From NCBI GenBank assembly GCA_030698885.1, contig JAUYLN010000020.1, positions 7,346-71,345 on the forward strand: DNA of 64,000 bases, read 5' to 3'. The position numbers and the translations under genes were made by a program. The notes below the pieces were generated by a model. That model saw only the letters and a list, made by a program, of their open reading frames with translations. It was not told the origin of the DNA and searched no databases. Source of the DNA: a bacterium. GTDB taxonomy: Bacteria; Patescibacteriota; Minisyncoccia; 2-02-FULL-40-12; IGHO2-01-FULL-4-A. This document shows positions 28,237 to 37,811 of this stretch, in pieces (positions within the stretch are counted from its first letter, which is position 1; each line of letters starts with the position of its first letter).

Positions 28237-30933
28237 GTGCCCGCAAAAAATAATATTTGGAGGGCTGTGTTTGATGTGAGGCCGGTGATTAAGCCGGATG
28301 GTTTTGATTTTCAAAACTTGCCCCAAACTCTTGACCTGAAGAACGGAACGACGTTGATGACGGTATCGGCTGAAAATAAAAATGACGAAACTGTGATATT
28401 GGCCGATAAGGCACTTCCGAAAAAGCCGGGTTTGTTCTGGCACCGGCGTCCCAGGATAGTCAGCAAAAGAGACTTGTTCTTAAATCAGCTTGAAAGGGCC
28501 TCCGAGGTTCCGGTGGATATTAAATTAGAGCTAACCAAAGTTGGTGGAATTTTGCACGAACCGACTGCCGGAACTTTTTTGAGTTTTCAAAAAAGAAAAT
28601 CAGTTTTAGCAAGCCGTATCTTCCGCGATTATCCGGGCATGATTAGCATTGATGATATTGCAGCTGAGATAAGTCCCGAGCCACCGCCTCACTCCCAAGA
28701 GTTAGCCGGACTTAAGGTTAATCAGATAGCTTCCCTGACTGCTCTTTCAGGTGAGAACTTGCCCATGCATTCACCTGCCGGCAGTGAACTTGATTATTGG
28801 CTTCGGAGGTTCAAAGAAGATGGCCTAGTGACGGACAATAGGCCAGAAAAATTAAAGCATCCCAGCGACTATGTGGTTCCCGATAGTTTTGTACGGTCAA
28901 AAGCGGTAATGAGCGAAGTAGAAGCTGATTATGTCCAGGCGTCCAGGAAGTCCGGTAAATCCAAAAAAATAATTACTGTCATAGCTATAATAGCCGGCAT
29001 ACTCTCGGTATTATTTATTTTAAATTTTTTAGCTAACGATGGTCTGGGGGCAAAATCCAATGTTTTGCAAAACGGCAGTAATGCTATTGCGAATATCAAA
29101 GAGGCCCAGAAGAATCTTGAGAATTTTGATTTTGATAAAGCTGCCGATAATTTTGCTTTGGCTAATGACGATTTTTTAAAAGCTTCGCGCAAACTAAACG
29201 ACATAGGTTTTTCTCTGGTCTCTTTTTTTGTTAAATTACCCGGCCTGAGCATGCTCGGCGGAGAATCTTTTGATAAAATTACAGCGGCTAGCGATCTCCT
29301 GGGTGCCGGCCGGAATTTAACCAAGGCCGGGGAGGAGCTTTCCCTGGCATTCAGCGGACTTTATAAAACGGCGGTGCCGCTTTTTTTAGGCGGATACACG
29401 GCTGATGAGAATTCTGACGGCATTTACATCACGCTTAACCGGTTTAAAGAGGTTCTGGATTCCGCCAACTCTAAGATAGAGAGTTCGCGCCGGCTTTTGG
29501 CCAATATCAACCCTGACGTATTGCCGGAAGACAACAGGGAGTCCTTTTTTGATTTCAGAGAAAAGATGCCTTTGCTTGAAAAAGCTATTGACGATGCCGC
29601 CGGGTATTCTGATTTCTTACTTAATGTCGTCGGCAAGGATGGGACAAAAATATATCTGGTGTTATTCCAGAACAATAGTGAACTAAGAGCTACGGGGGGT
29701 TTTCCGGGTTCATATGCCCTTCTTACGTTCAAAGATGGCCGGCTTAACAAAATATTCGTAGATGATATTTATAATCCCGACGGCCAGATAAAAGATAAAA
29801 TAATCCCGCCCCTTCCGCTGGCTCACATAGTTTATAATTGGGAAACCAGAGATGCTAACTGGTTTGCGGACTTTCCGGCCTCGGCCCGAAAGGTGGCGGA
29901 TTTTTTTAAGAAAGGAAGCGGAGGCATTCAGGTTGATGGTGTTTTTACATTCACGCCGGATATTCTGGTGGAAATGCTGAAAGTTACCGGTCCTGTCGTT
30001 ATGCCTGATTATGGCCTAAATCTTGGCACTGATAATTTTCTCCAAGAAATACAGCTTGAAGTGGAGTCAAAAAACAATCCTACCCAGCCTAAAACGGTAC
30101 TAGTTGATTTCCAGCCCTTATTCCTTGAAAAATTAAAAAATCAGCCTAATGAGAAATGGGTTGAAATATTTAAGATAATGGCCAAAGCCACGGAAGAGAA
30201 AAAGATACTGACTTATTTTAAAGATGAAAACCTTGAAAATTTTGCCAAGAAAAAAGATATAGCGGGGGACTTAAAAAATGTGAACGGAGATTTTTTATCC
30301 GTAGTTTTTTCTAATATTAAAGGCTCTAAGACGGATGTCGTTACAGATAATTTTATTGACCTGTCAACTGTAATTGATGGCAGCAAAATACAGCATGAAC
30401 TAATCATAAACAGGATACATAGCGGTGGCGACAGCCCCTTTAGATTTTATAATCTGCAGAATCCGGCATATGTCAGGGTCTATGTGCCAAGGGGAGCGGT
30501 TCTTGAAGATATATCAGGAAATGCTATCGTTGATTATCATCCGCTGGTTAATTATGGTTTAGAAGGTTATGTTCCGGACCCTGATTTGGCTAAGATAGAA
30601 AATAGTACATATCACCCCTTTAATGGCGTAGATGTATTTGAAGAATCAGGCAAAACCGTGTTTGGTTTCTGGATGCTGACAAATCCTAAATCAAGCTCTA
30701 AGGCTATAATAAAGTATTCACTAAAAAATTCCTCATCGGATAAATATTCTCTTTATTGGCAAAAGCAAAGCGGTACCATCGGAGATAAAAATAAGATAAA
30801 TGCCAGTTTCAGATTAATCGGGGATGGGATTGTAGCTGATGCCGTTCCGGAGCTGAAAGCTGCGGGATATTATCTGGTGTTTAATTCAGATTTGGCCGTA
30901 GATAGGGAGATTAAATTTAATATCAAGTATTAG
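28237..30933 (+). CDS. DUF4012-like membrane-anchored protein
   Basis: LFQNNSELRATGGFPGSY and RDANWFADFP motifs after a central TM; start uncertain. Confidence 0.8.
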   Translation: MPAKNNIWRAVFDVRPVIKPDGFDFQNLPQTLDLKNGTTLMTVSAENKNDETVILADKALPKKPGLFWHRRPRIVSKRDLFLNQLERASEVPVDIKLELTKVGGILHEPTAGTFLSFQKRKSVLASRIFRDYPGMISIDDIAAEISPEPPPHSQELAGLKVNQIASLTALSGENLPMHSPAGSELDYWLRRFKEDGLVTDNRPEKLKHPSDYVVPDSFVRSKAVMSEVEADYVQASRKSGKSKKIITVIAIIAGILSVLFILNFLANDGLGAKSNVLQNGSNAIANIKEAQKNLENFDFDKAADNFALANDDFLKASRKLNDIGFSLVSFFVKLPGLSMLGGESFDKITAASDLLGAGRNLTKAGEELSLAFSGLYKTAVPLFLGGYTADENSDGIYITLNRFKEVLDSANSKIESSRRLLANINPDVLPEDNRESFFDFREKMPLLEKAIDDAAGYSDFLLNVVGKDGTKIYLVLFQNNSELRATGGFPGSYALLTFKDGRLNKIFVDDIYNPDGQIKDKIIPPLPLAHIVYNWETRDANWFADFPASARKVADFFKKGSGGIQVDGVFTFTPDILVEMLKVTGPVVMPDYGLNLGTDNFLQEIQLEVESKNNPTQPKTVLVDFQPLFLEKLKNQPNEKWVEIFKIMAKATEEKKILTYFKDENLENFAKKKDIAGDLKNVNGDFLSVVFSNIKGSKTDVVTDNFIDLSTVIDGSKIQHELIINRIHSGGDSPFRFYNLQNPAYVRVYVPRGAVLEDISGNAIVDYHPLVNYGLEGYVPDPDLAKIENSTYHPFNGVDVFEESGKTVFGFWMLTNPKSSSKAIIKYSLKNSSSDKYSLYWQKQSGTIGDKNKINASFRLIGDGIVADAVPELKAAGYYLVFNSDLAVDREIKFNIKY

Positions 30934-31143
30934 AGGCCATACGCTAAATTCCGGAGCCACAAAGATAAAGTGGCTTTCCGTAATTTAGCCACAGCGATTC
31001 CTCCGCCATGTGGCTTCGCTAAAGCGTAGCTGGCGGATGAACCTTCGACGAGAGGGTTTGCCCAATTTCCCTGCCTGTGGCAGGCAGGTTCGTTATCCCG
31101 CCATGGCGGGATGCCTCGAACTTGGCCAAACGTAAGGCCTCTA
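30931..31143. repeat. Multi-hairpin intergenic element
   Basis: Outer IR tagaggccatacg/cgtaaggcctcta enclosing five short hairpins. Confidence 0.6.
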
Positions 31144-31166
31144 TACAAAACAACTTTAATAAGTAG

Positions 31167-32783
31167 ATGGACATATCATCTTCAAAAATTTCATCTGGAA
31201 TTTTTCGCGGCAGCATAACGCTGGCCGTTTTTTCTTTGGTGTCGCGCCTGACCGGTCTTCTGCGGGACCGTATTCTGGCCGGGCGTTTTGGCGCCGGGGA
31301 AACTCTGGATATTTATTATGCCGCATTCAAAATTCCTGATTTCATATTCCACCTGGTGATTATCGGTGCTGTTTCCGCGGCCTTTATTCCTACATTTATA
31401 AATTATTATGAACGGGACAAAAATGAAGGCTGGAGGCTGGCGAGTAATTTTTTAAATACCGCTCTTTTCTTTGTGATAACCGCTTCGCTTATTTTAATAA
31501 TTTTTATCCCGGATTTAATGCCTCTGGTAGCGCCGGGATTTGGACCTTTGCAAACAGCTTATGCCGTAGACCTGACGAGGATTATGTTTTTGAGTCCGGT
31601 TATTTTTGCCATTTCAACTGTTTTGGGTTCCATTCTTCAGTCTTTAAGAAGATTTCTGGCTTTTGCCATTGCCCCTTCTTTCTATAATTTTGGAATTATT
31701 TTCGGAGCTTTATATCTTGAGCCCAGTCTTGGCCTCTCCGGTCTTGGCTGGGGAGTTATCATCGGAGCATTGCTCCATCTTCTGATACAGCTTCCGGCGG
31801 TATTTAGGGCGGGATTCAGGTGGTTTGCTGTTTTTGATTTTGCCGACTCCGGTTTAAGAAAGGTTTTTAAGTTAATGATGCCAAGAACTTTAGGCCTTGC
31901 TGTAACTCATATAAATCTGATAATTATTACGGCTATAGCATCAACCATAACAGTTGGCAGCATATCTATTTTTAATTTCGCCAATAATCTCCAGTTCCTG
32001 CCCATTTCAATGATAGGCGTTTCAATATCTATTGCTATTTTTCCGACGCTGTCCTCTTTATCGGGTCGGGATAATGAAGCTTTTATCAATGATTACTTGA
32101 GCGCTATGAAGCAAATAATATTTTTTGGCGTGCCTGTATCTTTTGCCATGTTTATTTTTAGAGAACCGATAGTGGCTCTTTTGCTTGGGGTTGGCAGGTT
32201 CGGCCCCGAAGATATAGGGCTGACTGCTGCCGCGGTAGGTATTTTCGCATTCAGTGCGTTAGCCATATCTCTCGTATCTCTGATTAATAGAGCATTTTAT
32301 GCTTTTCATAATACGGTTATCCCCTTAGTTGTCGGTGCTATTTCTGTTTCCCTTAATATAGTCTTATCATTTTTGCTTGTGGGCTGGTTTAAGATTGAAG
32401 AATTTTCTTTGTTCTGGCAAAAAATTCTTGGAGTTAGCGATGGTCCTGCATTTTCCATAATAGGCTTGGCGCTTGCCTGGAGCCTTTCTCATGTTCTGTA
32501 TTCTGTTTTAATCCACCTAAAATTTATAAAATTTGCCGGTATTAAAAAATCCGGTATCTGGCAATATATGAGCAAAACGATAGGCGCCTCCCTATTGTCT
32601 TGTGGTATATTAATTTTTGCCCTCCCGTATATTCCAAAAATATCTGTTTTATCCGGTTTTGTTTCTCAGTTTCTTTCGCTTTCATTGGATGTATTGATTT
32701 TCGGAATTATGGCCTTTGTTTTTTGCAGGATATTCGGAATTAAGGAAGCAGTTATTCCCTCGCGATTTCTTAGGAGGGTTTAG
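31167..32783 (+). CDS. murJ: Lipid II flippase MurJ (MviN)
   Basis: SRLTGLLRD, AAFKIPD, SAAFIP, RAFYA; many TM helices. Confidence 0.95.
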   Translation: MDISSSKISSGIFRGSITLAVFSLVSRLTGLLRDRILAGRFGAGETLDIYYAAFKIPDFIFHLVIIGAVSAAFIPTFINYYERDKNEGWRLASNFLNTALFFVITASLILIIFIPDLMPLVAPGFGPLQTAYAVDLTRIMFLSPVIFAISTVLGSILQSLRRFLAFAIAPSFYNFGIIFGALYLEPSLGLSGLGWGVIIGALLHLLIQLPAVFRAGFRWFAVFDFADSGLRKVFKLMMPRTLGLAVTHINLIIITAIASTITVGSISIFNFANNLQFLPISMIGVSISIAIFPTLSSLSGRDNEAFINDYLSAMKQIIFFGVPVSFAMFIFREPIVALLLGVGRFGPEDIGLTAAAVGIFAFSALAISLVSLINRAFYAFHNTVIPLVVGAISVSLNIVLSFLLVGWFKIEEFSLFWQKILGVSDGPAFSIIGLALAWSLSHVLYSVLIHLKFIKFAGIKKSGIWQYMSKTIGASLLSCGILIFALPYIPKISVLSGFVSQFLSLSLDVLIFGIMAFVFCRIFGIKEAVIPSRFLRRV

Positions 32784-32912
32784 ACAGGGCCTTTTTTTGT
32801 TTTACGGCAGATGTTATGGTTATCGGATTATTGGTTCAAATAAGTCAATAATGATTAACGCGTTTGGCCCTCCATGAGCGGAGGAGCTCTACGGCGAAAG
32901 CATATAAGCCAC

Positions 32913-34706
32913 ATGGAAAATATAAGAAATTTCGTAATTATAGCTCATATAGACCACGGCAAATCCACTTTAGCGGACAGGTTTTTAGAGTTGACCGGAA
33001 CTGTGGAGAAAAGGCAGATGCAAGAACAATATCTGGACCAGATGGAGCTTGAGCGCGAGCGGGGAATAACCATCAAGCTACAGCCTGTACGAATGAGCTA
33101 CTCACTACACACTACCAACTACCAACTAAATCTGATTGATACTCCAGGTCACGTTGATTTTTCATACGAAGTCTCGCGCTCCTTAGCCGCAGTTGAAGGA
33201 GCAGTTTTACTCGTCGATGCCACTAAAGGTATTCAGGCCCAGACTCTTGCTAATTTTAATTTTGCCCGAGAACAGGGGCTGGTTATAATTCCGGTCATTA
33301 ATAAGGTTGATTTGCCCAATGCCAGAGTTTCCGAAGTTGAGGAAGAAATAAAAAACCTTTTAAATTCAGAAGCTAAAATTTTTAAAATATCGGCAAAGAC
33401 AGGCGAGGGTGTGGCGGATATTTTAGAAGAAGTGATAAGACTGGTTCCGCCTCCATCCGGTAATAAATATCAGGAAGATACCGGCGACAGATTCAGGGCT
33501 GTAATTTTTGATTCTGATTTTGACAGCTACAAGGGAGTTATCGCTTTTGTGAGGGTTTTTGGAGGCAGACTGAAAGCCGGCCAGCAAATATCTTTTTCGG
33601 CGGCAAAAGCCAGAAGTTCGGTAGTTGAGGTGGGTTACTTTATGCCTCTCTTAACCAAGGCAGATTCCATAGAAGCAGGTCAGATAGGATATATAGCCAC
33701 GGGCCTTAAAGATCCGGCTACGGTCAGGGTGGGCGATACTGTGGGCATATGGAATGAACCGGTTGAGGCTTTGCCGGGATACAAAGAGCCCCGGCCGATG
33801 GTATTTGCAAGTTTTTATCCGGAAGCCGGAGATGACTATGACTCGCTCAAAGATGCATTGTCCAAAGTTAAATTAACGGATGCTTCGTTAAGTTATGAAC
33901 CTGAATCTTCTCCAGGCCTTGGCAGGGGATTTCGGCTTGGGTTTTTAGGTATGCTTCATATTGAAATAGTGAGCGAAAGGCTTCATCGCGAGCATAAGCT
34001 GGGGCTTATCATAAGTACGCCATCGGTGGAATATCATGTTGTACAAAAAAACGGAAAGGTGGCAGTAATAAGGTCCGCTTCTGCCATGCCTGACCCGAGT
34101 TATATAGAAAAAATAGAAGAACCGATGGTTTTGCTTGAAATTTTAAGTCCGGCTTCTTATCTTGGTTCTCTGATGAATCTGTTGGCGGAATTAAGAAGCC
34201 AATATTTGGATACGGATTATATCGGCAAAGAGATAGTGGTGCTTAAATATAAAGTTCCGTTGGCGGAAATTGTAACTGATTTTTATGACAAACTAAAAAG
34301 CATCAGTTCGGGCTATGCCTCAATGAGCTACGAACCCTCTGAATATCAGCATTCAGATTTGGTTCGGTTGGATATTTTAGTTGCCGGCGACCCGGTTGAG
34401 CCGTTTGCCAAAATTGTGCCTAGAGAGAAGGCGCATAACGAAGGCAAGAACATTGTGGAGCGGCTTAAAAAGGTCATTCCGCCTCAGCTGTTCGTGGTTG
34501 CCTTGCAGGCGGCCATAGGGGGCAAGATTATTGCCCGTGAATCAATAAGCGCGAAGCGCAAGGACGTTACCGGGTATTTATACGGTGGAGATATTACCAG
34601 AAAGAAGAAGTTATTGGAAAAGCAAAAACGGGGCAAAAAGAAGATGAAAGAAATCGGCAAAGTTAATATTCCACAAAAAGTGTTTTTGGAGATGTTGAAG
34701 AGATAG
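32913..34706 (+). CDS. lepA: Elongation factor 4 (LepA)
   Basis: IRNFVIIAHIDHGKSTLADR, GFLGMLH, YGGDITRKKKLLEKQK. Confidence 0.98.
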   Translation: MENIRNFVIIAHIDHGKSTLADRFLELTGTVEKRQMQEQYLDQMELERERGITIKLQPVRMSYSLHTTNYQLNLIDTPGHVDFSYEVSRSLAAVEGAVLLVDATKGIQAQTLANFNFAREQGLVIIPVINKVDLPNARVSEVEEEIKNLLNSEAKIFKISAKTGEGVADILEEVIRLVPPPSGNKYQEDTGDRFRAVIFDSDFDSYKGVIAFVRVFGGRLKAGQQISFSAAKARSSVVEVGYFMPLLTKADSIEAGQIGYIATGLKDPATVRVGDTVGIWNEPVEALPGYKEPRPMVFASFYPEAGDDYDSLKDALSKVKLTDASLSYEPESSPGLGRGFRLGFLGMLHIEIVSERLHREHKLGLIISTPSVEYHVVQKNGKVAVIRSASAMPDPSYIEKIEEPMVLLEILSPASYLGSLMNLLAELRSQYLDTDYIGKEIVVLKYKVPLAEIVTDFYDKLKSISSGYASMSYEPSEYQHSDLVRLDILVAGDPVEPFAKIVPREKAHNEGKNIVERLKKVIPPQLFVVALQAAIGGKIIARESISAKRKDVTGYLYGGDITRKKKLLEKQKRGKKKMKEIGKVNIPQKVFLEMLKR

Positions 34707-34711
34707 TACTC

Positions 34712-34888
34712 GGCCAGCCATAGTTTTTAATTTTCGTTTCACTCGCGGGTAAATAATATTGTAATTTTCTCATTTTCCTAGATAAAAAACTGGTTCCCGT
34801 TCCGACCAGTTTTTTATTACGTAAAATCTCAAAAATTACAATTTATTTACGGCCACTCGCTCAAATAAATTAAAAACTTTGGCTGGCC
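34712..34888. repeat. 177-bp palindromic element after lepA; right arm repeated at 41921-41980
   Basis: ggccagccatagtttttaattt...aaattaaaaactttggctggcc; arm copy is 56/60 identical. Confidence 0.75.
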
Positions 34889-35140
34889 TCGTTCTAGTTT
34901 TACGGCTATATAATTGCCTCAGTTATTTTTTTGCCGATTTCCGAAGGTGGTGAGGTGGGGGGATAGGATAGCCCCCGCCGTTTTTAGCGGGAGCCACTAT
35001 ACAAACGGCTCAACGATAATTATCGTTGAGCCGTTTGTGGTTAACCGAGGGCCGCTCTCGTTAATTTTTACGTATAGTCTACAGCTTACTGTTTATAGCT
35101 GTTATACTATTAATAAAAGGCGGGCCTGCCTACCGAAGTT

Positions 35141-35245
35141 TTATACGAAGGCGGGGAGAATTAGAAGTAGAACAAAAGAAACTATCGTCAAGACAGCGAT
35201 AATTATTCCGAACCAGCGCACGAATTTTTTATTGCCGATAACCAT
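35141..35245 (-). CDS. 34-aa single-TM small protein (absent from the ORF track)
   Basis: MVIGNKKFVRWFGIIIAVLTIVSFVLLLILPAFV*; ATG lies 5 nt from a family-A element end, as for other genes. Confidence 0.6.
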   Translation of the reverse strand: MVIGNKKFVRWFGIIIAVLTIVSFVLLLILPAFV

Positions 35246-35250
35246 AGATG

Positions 35251-35332
35251 ATCTACTAATTACTAATTTCATACTAATATACTAATCTATTTCTTATTCG
35301 TATATTAGTGATTTTATTAGTAATTGGTAGAT
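35251..35332. repeat. Family-A hairpin between divergent genes
   Basis: ATCTAC...GTAGAT. Confidence 0.9.
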
Positions 35333-35357
35333 AAACGATAAGTTTCATTATATCCTT

Positions 35358-35720
35358 ATGAACAAACTTTTTCAATCACCGCTCCTGACTGTGCCCCTGA
35401 TTTTAATCATGGGATTTTTGCTTTTGCAGATAATAAAAATAAATCCCGAAAAATCCGACCTGGACAAAAAAGTAGCTAATCTTGAGGGACAGATAAGTAA
35501 ACAGGAGCAGTTGCTGCAAGAACTTGAGAAAGAAGCTGACTATTACCAAAGTGATAGCTATAAAGAAAGACAGGCCCGTATCAGATTGAACTATAAAAAG
35601 CCCGGCGAAAAAGTGATACTAGTTTATGACAGTCCGGTTGATGTGGAGAAGCAGGCTTCAAAATCCGAAGAGGCATTGCCATTTTGGAGAAATTGGCTAG
35701 AATATTTATTCGGAGAATAA
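35358..35720 (+). CDS. Septum formation initiator (FtsB/DivIC-like)
   Basis: TM, coiled coil, ERQARIRLNYKKPGEKV motif. Confidence 0.85.
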   Translation: MNKLFQSPLLTVPLILIMGFLLLQIIKINPEKSDLDKKVANLEGQISKQEQLLQELEKEADYYQSDSYKERQARIRLNYKKPGEKVILVYDSPVDVEKQASKSEEALPFWRNWLEYLFGE

Positions 35721-35763
35721 TCTTATATATTGCGAGAAGCAGGCCGTAGCTCGCAGAGCGTAG

Positions 35764-35834
35764 GCGGGTGTGGTTCAATGGTAGAATGCGACCTTCCCAA
35801 GGTTGAGACGAGGGTTCGATTCCCTTCACCCGCT
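35764..35834 (+). tRNA. tRNA-Gly(CCC)
   Basis: Acceptor gcgggtg/cacccgc, anticodon loop ttCCCaa, GGTTCGATTCC T arm. Confidence 0.95.
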
Positions 35835-36094
35835 CATAAACTAAAAAGTGCCCAAAGGGGCACTTTTTAGTTTATAGGGGGAAGCAAGCAAGTGGTCCTG
35901 CTTGTGTAGGGTATCGAACGCCGGAGCGATGTTGTGAGCGAATTGGGCGCGAATAACCCTGCCTGCCGGCAGGCAGGCGTGAGGCGGTGCCCAGACCGAG
36001 GTGAGCGACCGGCGAGCCGAGAGTCGAGGGAGATTCCCTTCGCTCGCTCCAAATAAAAACCCCGCGAAAGCGGGATTTATTATGGCAAGGAAGA

Positions 36095-36319
36095 CTAAGC
36101 TTTTGGCTTCCATACAGGACAGCGGGTTATTGTCATTGCAATATTCTCTTTTACACAAATTTGATAGAGCTGGTTCGCTATGTAGCAGTGGTCGGGTTTG
36201 CCAGGTTTCATGTTTCCGCAATTTAAACATAGGCATTCTTTTTTCCGCAGGGATTCAGTTGTTGGGTTAACCCAGACAGTTTCATGGTGGTGAGATTCTT
36301 GCCTTGGCTCTTGTGTCAT
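36095..36319 (-). CDS. Small Cys-rich hypothetical protein
   Basis: 74 aa with CLCLNC...C...C...CP; GGAGG SD; terminator hairpin at 36056-36079. Confidence 0.65.
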   Translation of the reverse strand: MTQEPRQESHHHETVWVNPTTESLRKKECLCLNCGNMKPGKPDHCYIANQLYQICVKENIAMTITRCPVWKPKA

Positions 36320-36600
36320 TTTGCCTCCTGGTCCTTGAATCTTCTGAGGAATTTTTCGCCATCATGCAGAATGTTGGGAAAAATAAGAAACCTTAATGGT
36401 TTATCGTGTTTGCACTCGTAGCTTTGTCCGTTATGAATGGCCCGAGTTATAAATGCCTGGTCGAGTAAAGCGGGACCGTAAATAACATCCGCGCCATCTT
36501 TTATCATAGCTTCAAGCTCTTCCTGGTTTACAGATTGGTATTCTTCCTTGGCTTGTCCGGCTTCTGCTTCAAGCAATGTATTAATCGTCTCTCCTAACAT
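36316..36600 (-). CDS. Hypothetical protein
   Basis: 94 aa, GGGAG upstream, ATGA overlap with the next gene. Confidence 0.6.
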   Translation of the reverse strand: MLGETINTLLEAEAGQAKEEYQSVNQEELEAMIKDGADVIYGPALLDQAFITRAIHNGQSYECKHDKPLRFLIFPNILHDGEKFLRRFKDQEAK

Positions 36601-36675
36601 TTGTTTGGATTCTCCCGCTATTGAATTTTCAAGCTTTCTGGCTTAATATTAACATTAGTTTTGACGTTCGTCAAA

Positions 36676-36748
36676 GCCGCCTTAGCTCAGCTGGTAGAGC
36701 AGCACTTTCGTAAAGTGAAGGTCCCCAGTTCGAATCTGGGAGGCGGCT
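36676..36748 (+). tRNA. tRNA-Thr(CGT)
   Basis: gccgcct/aggcggc acceptor, TAGCTCAG..TGGTAGAGC D arm, loop ttCGTaa, GTTCGAATC. Confidence 0.93.
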
Positions 36749-36756
36749 CAAAGCAT

Positions 36757-37809
36757 ATGAAATATAAAAACCTTTTTGTTACCGGTGGAGCGGGTTTTAT
36801 AGGCAATCATTTTATAAGGTATTTTTTAAAAAAATACCCGGATTTTGAGATTATTAATCTTGATAAGCTCACTTACTCCGGCAACTTAGCAAATCTTAGC
36901 GACGTTAAAAAAGATAAAGAGCTATTGAAGAGATATAAATTTGTCAGAGGCGATATTGCCGACCAAAAAAGAGTTGAAAGCGTTTTTAAGAAATATAAAC
37001 CTGATTACATGGTTAATTTTGCAGCTGAAACCCACGTTGATAGGAGTATCCATGTTGGCGCAAAGGAGTTCATAGACACAAATGTGTATGGGGTGTTCGT
37101 ACTGCTGGAAGCGATTAAAAAGTTCGGGATTCAAAGGGCCGTGTTTGTATCCACGGATGAGGTATACGGCAGTCTTTCAATAGGGTCTAAAAATAAATTT
37201 ACCGAGAATACTCAATTCCAGCCTAATGTACCATACTCAGCAACAAAAGCCGGAGGCGATTTATTATGCCGGGCCTATCATTTTACTTGGAAGTTGCCCC
37301 TGGTGGTAACTCATTGTTCTAATAACTATGGCGAATATCAATATCCGGAAAAGCTAATTCCATTTTTTACCTTACGAGCCAGCGAGAATAAAAACCTTCC
37401 TTTGTATGGAGATGGAAAGAATGTCCGAGACTGGATTTATGTGCTTGATCATGTGAGGGGTGTTGAGCTGGCCCTCCTTAAAGGAAAGCCGGGCGAGGTG
37501 TATAATTTTGGCGCGGATAACGAGGTACAAAATATTGAAATAGCAAGGCTGATTTTAAATATGTTGGGTAAATCAGAGAACCTTCTGACTTTTGTCGCTG
37601 ATCGCCCCGGCCATGACCGAAGATATGCGGTAGATTCCCGAAAGGCCAGACAAGAGCTTGGCTGGAAACCCAAATATAGTTTTAAAAAAATGTTGCCAAA
37701 AACCGTAAAATGGTATTTGGATAATAAAAAATGGGTTCGGGATGTCCAGAAAAAGACGGGCGTTATTAACGCCCATATCGATTTATGGAAACCCCATAAT
37801 CTTAAGTAG
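36757..37809 (+). CDS. rfbB: dTDP-glucose 4,6-dehydratase
   Basis: VTGGAGFIG, AAETHVDRSI, STDEVYG, PYSATKA, DRPGHDRRY. Confidence 0.97.
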   Translation: MKYKNLFVTGGAGFIGNHFIRYFLKKYPDFEIINLDKLTYSGNLANLSDVKKDKELLKRYKFVRGDIADQKRVESVFKKYKPDYMVNFAAETHVDRSIHVGAKEFIDTNVYGVFVLLEAIKKFGIQRAVFVSTDEVYGSLSIGSKNKFTENTQFQPNVPYSATKAGGDLLCRAYHFTWKLPLVVTHCSNNYGEYQYPEKLIPFFTLRASENKNLPLYGDGKNVRDWIYVLDHVRGVELALLKGKPGEVYNFGADNEVQNIEIARLILNMLGKSENLLTFVADRPGHDRRYAVDSRKARQELGWKPKYSFKKMLPKTVKWYLDNKKWVRDVQKKTGVINAHIDLWKPHNLK

Positions 37810-37811
37810 GT

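Noticed and set aside
34914-36270. ORFs 34914-35285, 35581-35829, 35841-36236, 35867-36052 and 36001-36270
   Set aside because: They translate palindromes, tRNA or the antisense strand and show no coding signal
36661-36756. N-terminal extension of RfbB in the ORF track
   Set aside because: It reads through tRNA-Thr; the real start is ATG 36757
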